Below, piece after piece: positions 1 to 10,698 of a stretch of 64,000 nucleotides of DNA. Location of the stretch: positions 2,232,001-2,296,000 of the forward strand of contig OZ251227.1 in assembly GCA_965240325.2 (NCBI GenBank), given 5' to 3'. Origin of the DNA: Rebecca billardiae RCC1528 (lineage: Eukaryota > Protista > Haptophyta). The position numbers and the translations under genes are program-made. Positions within the stretch are counted from its first letter, which is position 1. Each line of letters starts with the position of its first letter. Below the pieces are notes generated by a model that did no database searches, was not told the DNA's origin, and saw only the letters and a program-made list of their open reading frames with translations.

Positions 1-1730
1 ATGCCGCCGCTTCAAAGGCGCGCACCGAGTGCGTGCGCGACGGGTGCCGGCCGGCCGCTGGTCTCGACCTATCGCCCTCGGCCCTCCCCGAGCGCGCCTG
101 CAGGTACCTCCGGACGCGCATTCGGCTTGCTCACTCGATCAGCTCACTCACAGCTGCCGGTCACGCAGCCGCGCGGCGGCCCCGCGACCCGAGGTCCGCG
201 GCCCAAAGTGTGTGTGCGCGCCGCGCCGGTGCCCTCGCGCCGGTGGCGTGGGCTGGCTGGCCGCTGGTCTCGCCCACGCGCCCCACTCGCCCCAAGCGCG
301 CAACGCCTGCGGGAAGCGCCGGCACCATACCTACCTAACCCTGCGCGTCGACGCCCGTCCCGCCGCGGCCCGCGCCTCGATCGATCGTCGATCGGACCGC
401 GTGCGTGCGACTCCGTCCGCGCCCGCGCGCAGGGTGGGAGGGGCTGATGCAGGAGCAGATGCAGGACTACCTCGAAATTGCACGCGACGAGGAGGTGCCC
501 AGCGCGCACTTTACGCTGCGCGCATCATCGAGTGGTCGCCCAGCGAGCGCGGCAGCTGGCCACCGGGCCGGCTGACGGCGGGCGCAGCTGCCAGCTGCGG
601 ACGCGCAGCGGGCGCGGAGTGGAAGCCGGCGCAGCGGCCGGGCAGCGGCGGCCGGCGCGGCAGCACGCTCGTATACATCGCGGCAGCTACCGCCGTCGTG
701 CGGGGAAAGCACACGCTCTCGGCGGCTTCCAAGATGCCGACGGGCCACGGCGTGCACTCCGTGCAGGCTGCGTGCGCGCTGCAGTGGCTGTGTCGAGCTG
801 CTGCGGCGTGTGCTCGAGGCGCGGCGCTCGCACGGGCTACGCGGGCGCAGCGGGTGCGCGCAGCTGGCGCACGCAGTGCCACGTCCTGCGGCGCCAGTTT
901 GGCGGCCGTCCGCCCCCCCGAGCTCGAGTTCTGCGCGCTTTGCGACGGCGCGGCCGGCAGCGCCCATCTGCCTGCTTGCTTGGGCACGCCAGCATGTCCG
1001 CCGCCGGGCCTGCTGCGCGCGCCGAAGCTGGAGGGCGGAGGAGGGCGCTGGGCTGCTCCTACGGTGTGCTGCAGCCCGGGCAGGCTCTACCGCGGCGCGG
1101 CGAGGCCGTCGCGCCTGCTCGCCGCCGTCGAGTCGCCCGTGCTGCGTGACCCTCGGCCGCACGTGCTCGCTCGGCGGCACCGCAGCAGGCGTCCCATACC
1201 AGTATACTCGAGCCGCTGTGCGCACCCAAGGCGCGAGCTGCTCGAGCGGGCCAGGTGGGCCCAGGGGGTGCGTGCAGCTGGCACACGCAGCCCCGGCCCG
1301 TGTCATGGGGTGTCGGTTTGACGACAGACGGTCGCCAGCCCCTGTGGGCTCGAGCGCTGTGCGCTTCACCACGGAGGTGCTGGCAGCGCCCCGCGGCGCG
1401 CAACGGCGGGGCAGCATGGCCGCCGCCGGCGCCGCCGCACATGCCGCCGCTTACGGGCAGTCGAGAGCTTGGGGCAGCACCTACGGCGCATGCTGCAGCT
1501 CGGGGCGGACTCTGCCAGCCTGCTGTGGCGTGATCGCGCATTTTCCAGACCGTCGACTCGCCCGCGCTGCATAATATTCCATTATTCGTTTGCCGCGCGT
1601 GCTCGACGGCGCTCCGCGCTGCTGCTGCCGCTACGGCCGCGCGTTGGACGGACAGCATATGCCGACGGAGGGTGCACCGCGGGCCCCTAACTACGTTGGT
1701 TCTACGGAAGGACCGCGGAACGCGGTCATA
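1..1730 (+). mobile_element. Non-autonomous Helitron2-like element, family 1, 3' part (5' end probably outside the window)
   Basis: Ends in the sub-terminal repeat TGCACCGCGGGCC (1673-1685) and the hairpin GACCGCG-GAA-CGCGGTC-ATA (1711-1730). The same terminus occurs at 5713-5785 (minus) and 42690-42750. The left boundary is not seen. Confidence 0.55.
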
Positions 1731-2022
1731 ATTTATGAGACAATGATGACTATACTACGAGTGAACCGTGCCCTGACTGACTGACCTAGTATTAGCCTAG
1801 TAGTCTCAGTAAGAGTGGGCAGTGCCATCAGTCCTGTCTGAGTCCGCATCACTCCGAGACCGAGTGTCACTCATGCCGTGTGTGAGCCACTCGGAGTGAG
1901 TCTCTGCGGTCTCTGCCACGCGGACTGCCAGAGAAGGTCCGCCGCTGGCCGCGGCCATTCCGCCGTGCTAATACAGTTCAGAACTTATTGCCAAGACTCA
2001 CTGAATAATAATAAAGTCTTAC

Positions 2023-2332
2023 TGTCAAAGGAATCGCCAATCTACAGTGATTTCCAATTTCCAATCCAACATTTTACTCGCAGTCACACAGTGGCGGCGC
2101 GACCGCTGCGGCGGCGCTCGCACAAAATCCTCCAAAATCAACCTGAACCTCATCCTAAAATACAGCAGGACAGCATGGCTGGCGGCGGCATCTGGAAGCA
2201 TTCTAGATGCTTCTGAAACTCGTGAACGAAACATGAGCCGATCACACAAAACGAGCTGTGCATCACCACAGCAAGAGCCGAAGCTCGTCCACGACCTCGC
2301 GACCGTCAAGCCTCGAGACGCGTTCCCTGACA
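2023..2332 (+). repeat. 5' LTR of gag-only element
   Basis: Direct repeat of 5200-5509. Confidence 0.95.
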
Positions 2333-3452
2333 TGCTAGCACGGTGCTGGGAGAACTTGGGCAAGGATGGAGACGACGAGAACAGCGGCAAGGACGTGACG
2401 GCCATCAGCCCGCCCCAGTTGCTCCCCTCATTGGGTTGAAGCCAGGCGTGGCAGAGCGCCCGGCAATGCCGCGCAGCTCATCGGCGATCGCGCGCAAGCG
2501 CACGCCAGACTACCTCGCCGCTGCCCTGAGGGGCATGCAGGCTGAGAAGAACCGGCAAGGCGAGAAGCTCACGCTTCTCCGCAAGCCCATCTCCAGCGCC
2601 TACGGGCCTGGCAACACCGCTGACCTGAATTCAGGCAGCCACGCGTCGAGTGCGATTGCACCGCGCGTCGACTGGCTTCATGCCGAGTCAATCAAGGATC
2701 ACCTTGAGGAGGAGGTTCGCGCACAGCGCGGTGAGGAGGAGCGTTGCCGCTCGCATCCCCCGCCATCGCGCCACTCCATCCGCACGCACGTCGTTGCGCA
2801 GGGGATCTCAACCACTACCGCCCGGGACTTGGCGCCCGCAAGCGCGGCTGAGCGCGAGGCCGAGTGCCCGCAGCTCAAGGAGTGCCTTGCTGCCTCCGAG
2901 TCATCGAACGAGGTCACCGAGCGTTCCGGGGCAGATGTAGCGCTCGACGCTGCTGCCGCTGATGCCGCTCCGACCGTCGAGGCCCTCGAGCCTGCCGACG
3001 CTGCTCGGCGTGCTGGCCTTCTGGCCGCCGCCAATGACAGCGCGGTCGTGACCGCAGTCACTGTCAGTCTGCAGCCTCGCGCGCATGACACTGTGTCTGA
3101 GTCTGACCGATCGAACGATGACATTAGCACCGATGAGTGCGACTCAAACGACCTGTATGGTCTGGCAGAGCAAACTATGCTCCAAGATGCTACGACGCGT
3201 GACTCAGTCACCGCGAGCACCAGCCCCAATATTCATTGCCAGGGCCGAACCAAACCCATCGTATTTTTGGAGATGACCAACAAATATACGTTTACCCCAA
3301 AATTCACGGGGCCCTCGCAGGCCTCACGATGGCTTCCGAAGCCGAGCTGCTCGCCACGAGCGACACAAGCAGCCGCGAGATGACCGCCGCAGAGACGGCA
3401 GAGTCCTCGTCTGGCACGTATCGACTCGCGTCGAACGTAGGAAGCGCATACG

Positions 3453-4928
3453 ATGCAGGGGGGGGCATCATACACCTGCTTGACGGCAAAGCCGCAGCAA
3501 AACCAAGTTGGCGAGCGCGACGCGCGTGCGCATGCATCAGCTGCGTCAGCCATCACAACGCCACACTCTTGCAAGGAAGAGTATTCCGCCGAAGCTGCCG
3601 CGGATGCACATGCATCACCGCTGGACAGAACGAGCGTGAAGAAGCCCAAAGAAGGCACCACAGCCTCGACGAGGGTCACTCCTCGCTCGAAGGTAGAGCG
3701 CGAATCGCCACAGAGCGCGCGCGACACATCGACCAATGCACTTGAGTCGAAGAAACGTGACTGGATAGTCATCGAAGGAGGAGTCACAGACTCTAATCCA
3801 ACCAAGAAGGAACGTGTGTTCATGGCACGCGAATCCTCGGCAGGAGTGGATACACCCGCCACACACAAGCTGACACAGTCGGCTCTGAAATCCAAGCGCG
3901 CGGTACACAGCGCGATACGGGATGCACTCGCAGAAGTGAGCACCTACTACAAGGGCAAATCCTCAGATGTCACACCTGACATAATGGAGCCCAAGGATAG
4001 CAAGCTATCCGGCTTTCAACTCATTGCCAAAGACAAATGGGTGAAAGACGCAGCCAAAATCGATCCATACAAGGCTGACAACGCTGACGCCAACAAGATC
4101 GGATCGGTCTACGATCGATCTGCGGCAGCGATATTCAAGCAGCTGAAGGACTCTATCGAGCCTCAGTTATTCGCCTATCTGGAATCGAAGCTGCACATCA
4201 GCGATCCGACCAAGAACTACTTGGATCTGGCGCTGCTGCTACAGATATTTGAGCGCGAGCTCAAGATCACAACTATGTCCGAACTCAGGGATGAATTCCT
4301 GAAGTTATACCCGACAAAGGTGTCGCCCATTGGCGCATCGGATAATATCAAGAAATCCGTCGAGCAAGTCCGCTCATCTCGATATGGGAATCTGGACGAT
4401 GCTACGATGTTGGTCTTCAAGCTGTATAACAGCATGCACGACCATCCCCAAGTCTACGAGTCAGTTATCTCGCACTTCGGAGCGCTCACGCCCGAGCAAT
4501 GTGTGGATAACACTGACCAGATAATGGCCCAGATGGAAGATGCCTACAAACGGCACGGCTCAATGAAGCTACTCCATCAGAACAATACCAAGGGGAGAGA
4601 GACCGAAAATCATTCCAAGATACGCCAAAATGCTGATTATCAGCAAGGCACGCGGCGACGCGGTGACTTTGAGGGCGCCGAAGTCTTCGCCGCTCAGGCC
4701 CAAAAGGCTCCAGCCAATGGCGAGAGCGGGCCGAATAACTCGGACACCGGCAAACGGTGCACTCACTGTGGTCTCAAGAACCATACTGCCCAGCAGTGTT
4801 GGAAGCTCCACCCAGAGCTACGCCCCAAGGCCAACAATTACAACAAAGGCAAAAACAAGGGAGCCAACAAATTTCCCAAGGAGCGTATCCATTTCCTGGA
4901 TATTCCTGCTCCGGATGCCTATGATTAA
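3453..4928 (+). CDS. gag: Gag-like protein with CCHC zinc knuckle (N-terminus uncertain; upstream ORF 2343-3383 may be a frameshifted part)
   Basis: CTHCGLKNHTAQQCWKLHPELRP knuckle. Aligns by eye with the gag region of the Copia ORF at about 19900-20800 (LFAYLESKLHI vs LFSYLESKRHI; LDDATMLVFKLYNSMH vs LDDATLLVFKLYNGMH). Confidence 0.85.
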   Translation: MQGGASYTCLTAKPQQNQVGERDARAHASAASAITTPHSCKEEYSAEAAADAHASPLDRTSVKKPKEGTTASTRVTPRSKVERESPQSARDTSTNALESKKRDWIVIEGGVTDSNPTKKERVFMARESSAGVDTPATHKLTQSALKSKRAVHSAIRDALAEVSTYYKGKSSDVTPDIMEPKDSKLSGFQLIAKDKWVKDAAKIDPYKADNADANKIGSVYDRSAAAIFKQLKDSIEPQLFAYLESKLHISDPTKNYLDLALLLQIFERELKITTMSELRDEFLKLYPTKVSPIGASDNIKKSVEQVRSSRYGNLDDATMLVFKLYNSMHDHPQVYESVISHFGALTPEQCVDNTDQIMAQMEDAYKRHGSMKLLHQNNTKGRETENHSKIRQNADYQQGTRRRGDFEGAEVFAAQAQKAPANGESGPNNSDTGKRCTHCGLKNHTAQQCWKLHPELRPKANNYNKGKNKGANKFPKERIHFLDIPAPDAYD

Positions 4929-5199
4929 CTATCAAGGCAGGGCATGACCCAATAACAAGGTCCAAAATAAGGCCAAAGAGTGAACATATGGTGCAAATAA
5001 GCCCAGGACTGACTCGGGTTACCCAAAACCGTCACACGGAAGTCCCAGCACATGAGTCATGGCCCGTATCCTGGCATTGGCAACCATTACTGACTCCAAT
5101 TCACTCATGCACACAGATGCACAAACAATACCAAGCCCAAAATCACTCATAATCCAAGCTTAGTCCTCACAGACGAGCGCATATTGGATTGAGGGGGGG

Positions 5200-5509
5200 T
5201 GTCAAAGGAATCGCCAATCTACAGTGATTTCCAATTTCCAATCCAACATTTTACTCGCAGTCACACAGTGGCGGCGCGACCGCTGCGGCGGCGCTCGCAC
5301 AAAATCCTCCAAAATCAACCTGAACCTCATCCTAAAATACAGCAGGACAGCATGGCTGGCGGCGGCATCTGGAAGCATTCTAGATGCTTCTGAAACTCGT
5401 GAACGAAACATGAGCCGATCACACAAAACGAGCTGTGCATCACCACAGCAAGAGCCGAAGCTCGTCCACGACCTCACGACCGTCAAGCCTCGAGACGCGT
5501 TCCCTGACA
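5200..5509 (+). repeat. 3' LTR of gag-only element
   Basis: Direct repeat of 2023-2332, preceded by the PPT and followed by the TSD. Confidence 0.95.
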
Positions 5510-5712
5510 CTTACTACTCGTCTAAACCGCGAGTCTCGTCAGTCGTCACGCGGTTCACGCCGGCCTTGACTAGGCGTACTAGGGCTCGTCCGTATACGGT
5601 AGCTATTAGTAGTACGGCCGGACGTACTGCTGTCACCGTGGTCCGTGGCAGACCGTGCCAGTGTAATAAAAATATAATACCGTTCTGTATGATTAGTACT
5701 GTCCGAGTGTCA

Positions 5713-8478
5713 TATGACCGCGTTCCGCGGTCCTTTTCCGTAGAACGAACGTAGTTCAGGGCCCGCGGTGGCGGTGCACCCTCCATCGCAGTCGTCTATT
5801 GACAGACCCGGAGTTGCATGCCCGTACAACTAGACTCCAGCGGCGCGCCGCCGCCCGCCGCGCCCGGGGCGCGGGCCCATCGGCGCACTTCGCAGCCGCC
5901 GGCGCGGCGCCGATTGTGTACAGGCGGATGCGACGAGGCGTGATCGACGCATGAGCGCGACTCCACGTGCACGCCAGGCCACGCGAAGCTGACAGCCAGG
6001 GAGCACGGTGCGGGGCCGCGGATTCGTTCGGGCCGCTGCTGCTGACTGACCGCTGTCCCGCCGCGGGTCACCGCGCACCGCGGCAGCGCCAGGATAGTTA
6101 GGTGATTTGCACTGGTCCGAGTAGGGTTCGACCAGCGCCTGCGCGACGGCCGACAGGCGGGCGCGAGGCGTGATCGACGCATGAGCGCAACTCGACGTGC
6201 ACGCCAGGCCACGCGGAGCTGACAGCCCGAGGGAGCACGGTGCCGAGGTCGGAGGTGCGACTGGGCACCAGTCACAGATCGTTCGCGCACGCCGCGCGTG
6301 CACGGGCTGACACACCTCGATCAGGCTCGGCACGCGTTGCAGAGGCACAGCCAGCTCTGGGGACGTCACGCACCACCGTCGCCCGCGCAGCTCGTCCTCC
6401 TCGTAGAGTACCGTTCAGTTCCGAGGCGTAGCCCTCGCTCAGAGTCGACCGGTCGACGATGGACTCGGATCGTCGGCGCTCCCCGGAAAGGCATGGCAAG
6501 GGCGGCGCGTGGTGAAGTCGAAGACTCAGAGATCGATCAGTCCGGCATCAGGCGCCGCTGCCCCCGAGCTTGCGAGAGCCCGAATACAGGGCGGCTGCCG
6601 CGGCGCGGCCGGGGCGCCGCGGCGCCGACCGGCGCGCGGCCGCGCGCAGGCATCGACACGGGGCGGCGAGGGCGCGCGGAGTGAGCGGGGGCACGAACGC
6701 GATGTCGACGGCAGTCGGGACCCGCCGCAGCCGCGCGCTCCAGGCGCAACTCGCCGCGCGCACCTGCCCATCGCCGTCCTCACCCGTCGGTCGCTCGTCA
6801 GTCAGCTCGCCTCATCCTCTCGCGGTCTCGCCGCAGCCGTGGCGTAGAAAACGCGGGCCCGCCGGCGCCCCGGCTCCCGCTCCGGTGTCAGATAGTATTG
6901 AGATTCGCCGAGGTTGGCCCATCGGAGGCCGCTCGAGCGACTTCGTGTCAGGCGAGGCAGATCGCGCCAGTGCGAGGCGAGGCAGACGCTCGCCTGCCTC
7001 GCCCAGCAGGCGAGGCAGCTAAGCTAGTAAAGCCGCGGCCGAACTTTACGAAAGCCAAATGTCTGCCGGTGCGCCGCCCGTCTTTGCGCACGGTGACAAG
7101 GGCGCGCGAGGGCGCTTCCTCACGATCCCGAAGAGCGCTGCGCGCGGCGTCGCGTTGGCGGCGGCAGCGGCGCTGGGGTGTATCTTGCCCATTCTGCTTG
7201 GCGGTGCGCGCTCATGACGCCTCGGCCGCCGCCACGCCATGCGCGACCGGGCGTGTCGCCTTCTTGACGGGCAGTGCACACGCCCTTGCAAGCGCACAGC
7301 CGTGAAGAGCCGAGAGCGTCCGTCGCGCGCACGCCGCCCACGCGGGATGCTTTGTGTTATCAACGAAGCCACCTTGCCCATGCGCTCCGCCGAGTTCGCC
7401 ATGCGTTCAGAGCAGTCAAGATCGCTGAACGAGAGGATGTCATCGGCTGAAATGCAGGTGAGCAGTGGTCATCGTAGTTGCTACCCATGGTCATCATGGC
7501 TCGCACATGCCAGAGCGCGATCGCTCAGTGTCATACGAATAGTCCTGAAACCTCATCCCGCGTGGGCGGCGTGCGCGCGACGGACGCTCTCGGCTCTTCA
7601 CGGCTGTGCGCTTGCAAGGGCGTGTGCACTGCCCGTCAAGAAGGCGACACGCCCGGTCGCGCATGGCGTGGCGGCGGCCGAGGCGTCATGAGCGCGCACC
7701 GCCAAGCAGAATGGGCAAGATACACCCCAGCGCCGCTGCCGCCGCCAACGCGACGCCGCGCGCAGCGCTCTTCGGGATCGTGAGGAAGCGCCCTCGCGCG
7801 CCCTTGTCACCGTGCGCAAAGACGGGCGGCGCACCGGCAGACATTTGGCTTTCGTAAAGTTCGGCCGCGGCTTTACTAGCTTACTGTATCTCGCCTGCCT
7901 GAGCTGTGTGCGTCTCTTATTCTTAGTAAACTGTAGCTGCCTCGCCTGCTGGGCGAGGCAGGCGAGCGTCTGCCTCGCCTCGCACTGGCGCGATCTGCCT
8001 CGCCTGACACGAAGTCGCTCGAGTGGCCTCCATCGGCTACTGACCCTTGCCTCGTCGGCTCCTGATACAGACACGGCGCGATTGAATAGTTGATTCAACT
8101 GATTGATTCAAGGGACGTACATGGTCACATCGGTTCGCGGCAATCTCTATCTAGATACGTCATCGCTCCTTGGACCTTGCTGCAATCTCATTGGCCGGAA
8201 AAATCGCTTGTAACGGTTCGTTACGTTAGGGATCCTAAAGGGCGTGAAGTTTTTTGGACGGGCGTCACTCCACGCTTTACTATGAACTTGCCGTGGGCGC
8301 GACCTTTTTCGGCCGTGATTCATGTTAGAGAGGGTCTCAAAATTCGAAACTCGGTCTCCTCCAGCCATGAAAATCGTCCCCCGTCCCTTTTTTCTTGATC
8401 AAAGATCTTTTTGAAACGTTGTTCGGGCCCGCTGGTGCGGGCTCCACGCTGCGCGCTCCGCCCTGCACCGCGGGCCAT
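5713..8478 (-). mobile_element. Non-autonomous Helitron2-like element, family 1, complete copy (about 2.77 kb)
   Basis: The 5' about 140 bp (8340-8478, reverse strand) closely matches 41466-41630 (ATGGCCCGCGGTGCAGGGCGG...). The 3' end has the sub-terminal inverted repeat and the GACCGCGGAACGCGGTCATA hairpin. No TSD or transposase seen. Confidence 0.75.
6925..8030. repeat. Long inverted repeat (foldback)
   Basis: 7021-7349 is the reverse complement of 7554-7882 (329 bp, 204-bp spacer). Outer arms about 6925-7021 and 7934-8030 also pair. The ORF track shows identical peptides on opposite strands. Confidence 0.93.
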
Positions 8479-8871
8479 GATATAGTATTATTATAATAAT
8501 AATAAGTTTATTATTGCCATCAAGCCGTAAGCCCCGCGCTTCGTCCGCCGAGCACGGCAGCCCGGACGGGGACAGCGTCGGGGTCCGCTCGGACCGAATT
8601 ATCCCGCTGGGCCCGTTCAGACTCGGATGCAATGGTAGCCTGACGCCAGTACCCCAGGACCCGGCCCGGTCAGCCCGTTCGCCGCGCACTGACGGACTCT
8701 CACTGCCGCCGCGGCGCCGCCATCTGACGAGCCGTGCGGTTCGCTCCGATGCGCCAACGAAGCACTGCGGCTCCAGCCCGGGCCGGTCCAGGGGCGGCCA
8801 CGCGGCCGCCGCAGCGGCGATGCGATCCGACGTCATCCAGGAATCCCACCTCCAAACTGAGGCGAGCGCCC

Positions 8872-10698
8872 TCACTGGAACTCCAGCCTGCGTGACGTCT
8901 TGAGCGCGAGGTAGACGGCCAGCTTGAGGCCAAGCACGAACGTGGCAAGGACGAGCAGGTTGCCTGCGTCGGAGAGCTGCGAGTACCCCGTGGATGCCTC
9001 GCCGACCGCGGCGCGCATCATCACGGCCGTCGAGTAGTGCCACACGCTCAGCTTGGGCAGCCACGCGAACGCGGTCGGCAGCGTGCTCACGTCCACCAGG
9101 TAGCCGCCCGCCGTCATCTGCAGCGTCATCACCGCGGACGCGGCCGTGTTCGAGTCCGTCACGGGCGCGAGGATGGAGACGAGCATCCCGATGGCCGCGC
9201 TCGTCTGGTAGTGCAGCAGCGAGACCAGCCAGATCGTGACCGCCGCGAGCGGGCGGAAGCCGATCATGGGCAGGCAGATGACAAAGTAGACGCTCGGGCA
9301 GACGAGCTCCTGCGGCAGCTCGGACACGGCCTTGGCGAGCGCGTACGCCTCGATGGAGTACGTGCCCACGCGGCGCTCCTTCGCGAGGACGGCCTGCTCG
9401 GCGGGGAAGGAGAAGAGGTAGAGGAACATCGGCCACCACGACATGTGCGCGACGAAGAAGAAGATCGCGCCCTCGACGTTCTTGAGGTTGACCCCGCGCG
9501 CGCCGCCGCCGCCGTCGGCGCCGCCGCTCGCGACCGCCTGCTGAAACCAGATCAGCCCCGACACGGCGCCGACCAGCACGTTCAGCGTGATCTCGGTGCG
9601 CGAGAGGAGCGTGCCGCGCGACTGGCGCACCTGCCGGCGCATCAGCACGTACGCCTGCTCGAGGAACCCCGGGCCGTGCTCGCTGCGCTCCGGCGGCCGC
9701 ACGCCCGGGCCGAGCAGCGCGTGCGCGCCGCCCTCGCGCCGCGCCGTGTGCGCCGCCGCGTGCGCGGGCCACGCGCTCGCGAGCGCGCTCGCGGCGGCAC
9801 CGTCGGCGAGCAGGTCCATCGCGTGGTCCGAGATGGTGTAGTGCTCCCGCGCGGGGAACCCCCGCGCCGTGAGGTACGGCAGCAGCTCGGGCGCGCGGCC
9901 GCAGAACACCTGATGGCCGCCGGGCGCGAGCAGCAGCCACGAGTCGACCAGCTCGCAGATCTGCGAGGACGGCTGGTGGATCGAGCAGATGACCGCGACG
10001 CCGTGCCGCCGGGCGTGCTCGCGGAGGCCGCGCATGACGACGAGCGCGTACGCCGAGTCGAGGCCCGACGTCGGCTCGTCGCACACGAGCACGCGCGGGT
10101 GCGCGAGCACCTCGTTGGCGATGTTCACGCGCTTGAGCTCGCCGCCCGACACGCCGCGCTGCATCGTCGAGCCAATCGACGTGCCCACGGTCGCGTCGAG
10201 GCCGAGGTCCGAGACGACCTCGTCGACGCGGCGGGTCTTCTCCGCGAGCGACGTGCTGCGCGCCATGCGCAGCCGCGCCGTGAAGAGCAGCGTCTCGCGC
10301 ACGGTGAGCGACTCCATGAAGATGTCCTTCTGCCGCACAAACGCCAGGTCGCGCGCGCGGCGGGCGCGCGTGGAGGGCGGCACGGGGGTGTCCGCCGAGG
10401 AGAGGAGCTCGCCGTAGAAGTGCACGCTCCCCGTGGCGCACGCGCGATCGCCACACAGCGCCGAGAGCAGCGTCGTCTTCCCGGCACCGCTCGGCCCAAG
10501 GATGCAGAAGAGCTCGCCGGGGAACACGCGAGACTCTGCGCCGTGCAGCACGCGCTTCTCACCGGTGTCCACGGACAGGTCGCGCCACTCGAACGCAGGG
10601 GCTGCCCCAGACGCCGCAGGCGCCGACTGCTGGGCCCCGCTCTCAATATCCATCTTTGCGGCGGGCGCGATCCCGCGGGCGCCGTGCATCTCTGCCAT
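8872..10698 (-). CDS. ABC transporter G family half-transporter (White-like), intronless
   Basis: Walker A GPSGAGKTT, signature VSGGELKRV, VCDEPTSGLDS, H-loop SIHQPS, then a hydrophobic ABC2 membrane domain. Start at MAEMHG inferred. Confidence 0.93.
   Translation of the reverse strand: MAEMHGARGIAPAAKMDIESGAQQSAPAASGAAPAFEWRDLSVDTGEKRVLHGAESRVFPGELFCILGPSGAGKTTLLSALCGDRACATGSVHFYGELLSSADTPVPPSTRARRARDLAFVRQKDIFMESLTVRETLLFTARLRMARSTSLAEKTRRVDEVVSDLGLDATVGTSIGSTMQRGVSGGELKRVNIANEVLAHPRVLVCDEPTSGLDSAYALVVMRGLREHARRHGVAVICSIHQPSSQICELVDSWLLLAPGGHQVFCGRAPELLPYLTARGFPAREHYTISDHAMDLLADGAAASALASAWPAHAAAHTARREGGAHALLGPGVRPPERSEHGPGFLEQAYVLMRRQVRQSRGTLLSRTEITLNVLVGAVSGLIWFQQAVASGGADGGGGARGVNLKNVEGAIFFFVAHMSWWPMFLYLFSFPAEQAVLAKERRVGTYSIEAYALAKAVSELPQELVCPSVYFVICLPMIGFRPLAAVTIWLVSLLHYQTSAAIGMLVSILAPVTDSNTAASAVMTLQMTAGGYLVDVSTLPTAFAWLPKLSVWHYSTAVMMRAAVGEASTGYSQLSDAGNLLVLATFVLGLKLAVYLALKTSRRLEFQ

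Larger units (their letters stand above)
2023..5509 (+). mobile_element. Non-autonomous gag-only LTR retrotransposon (Copia-related, TR-GAG-like)
   Basis: Two 310-bp LTRs (2023-2332, 5200-5509) bounded by TGTCA...TGACA, with one visible mismatch. TSD CTTAC at 2018-2022 and 5510-5514. PPT GAGGGGGGG at 5191-5199. No pol sequence. Confidence 0.93.

Noticed and set aside
29-1658. Long overlapping ORFs, for example 29-1321
   Set aside because: Arg/Ala/Pro-rich with no motifs, as expected from high GC inside a repeat with internal duplications.
1665-5785. Single TIR transposon enclosing the gag-only element
   Set aside because: The inverted motifs are 3' ends of two separate elements extending outward, as shown by the complete copy at 41466-42750.
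5713-8478. Fanzor/TnpB or Rep-helicase ORF within the Helitron2-like elements
   Set aside because: No RuvC, HUH or PIF1 motifs seen in any listed ORF here or at 41466-44899.
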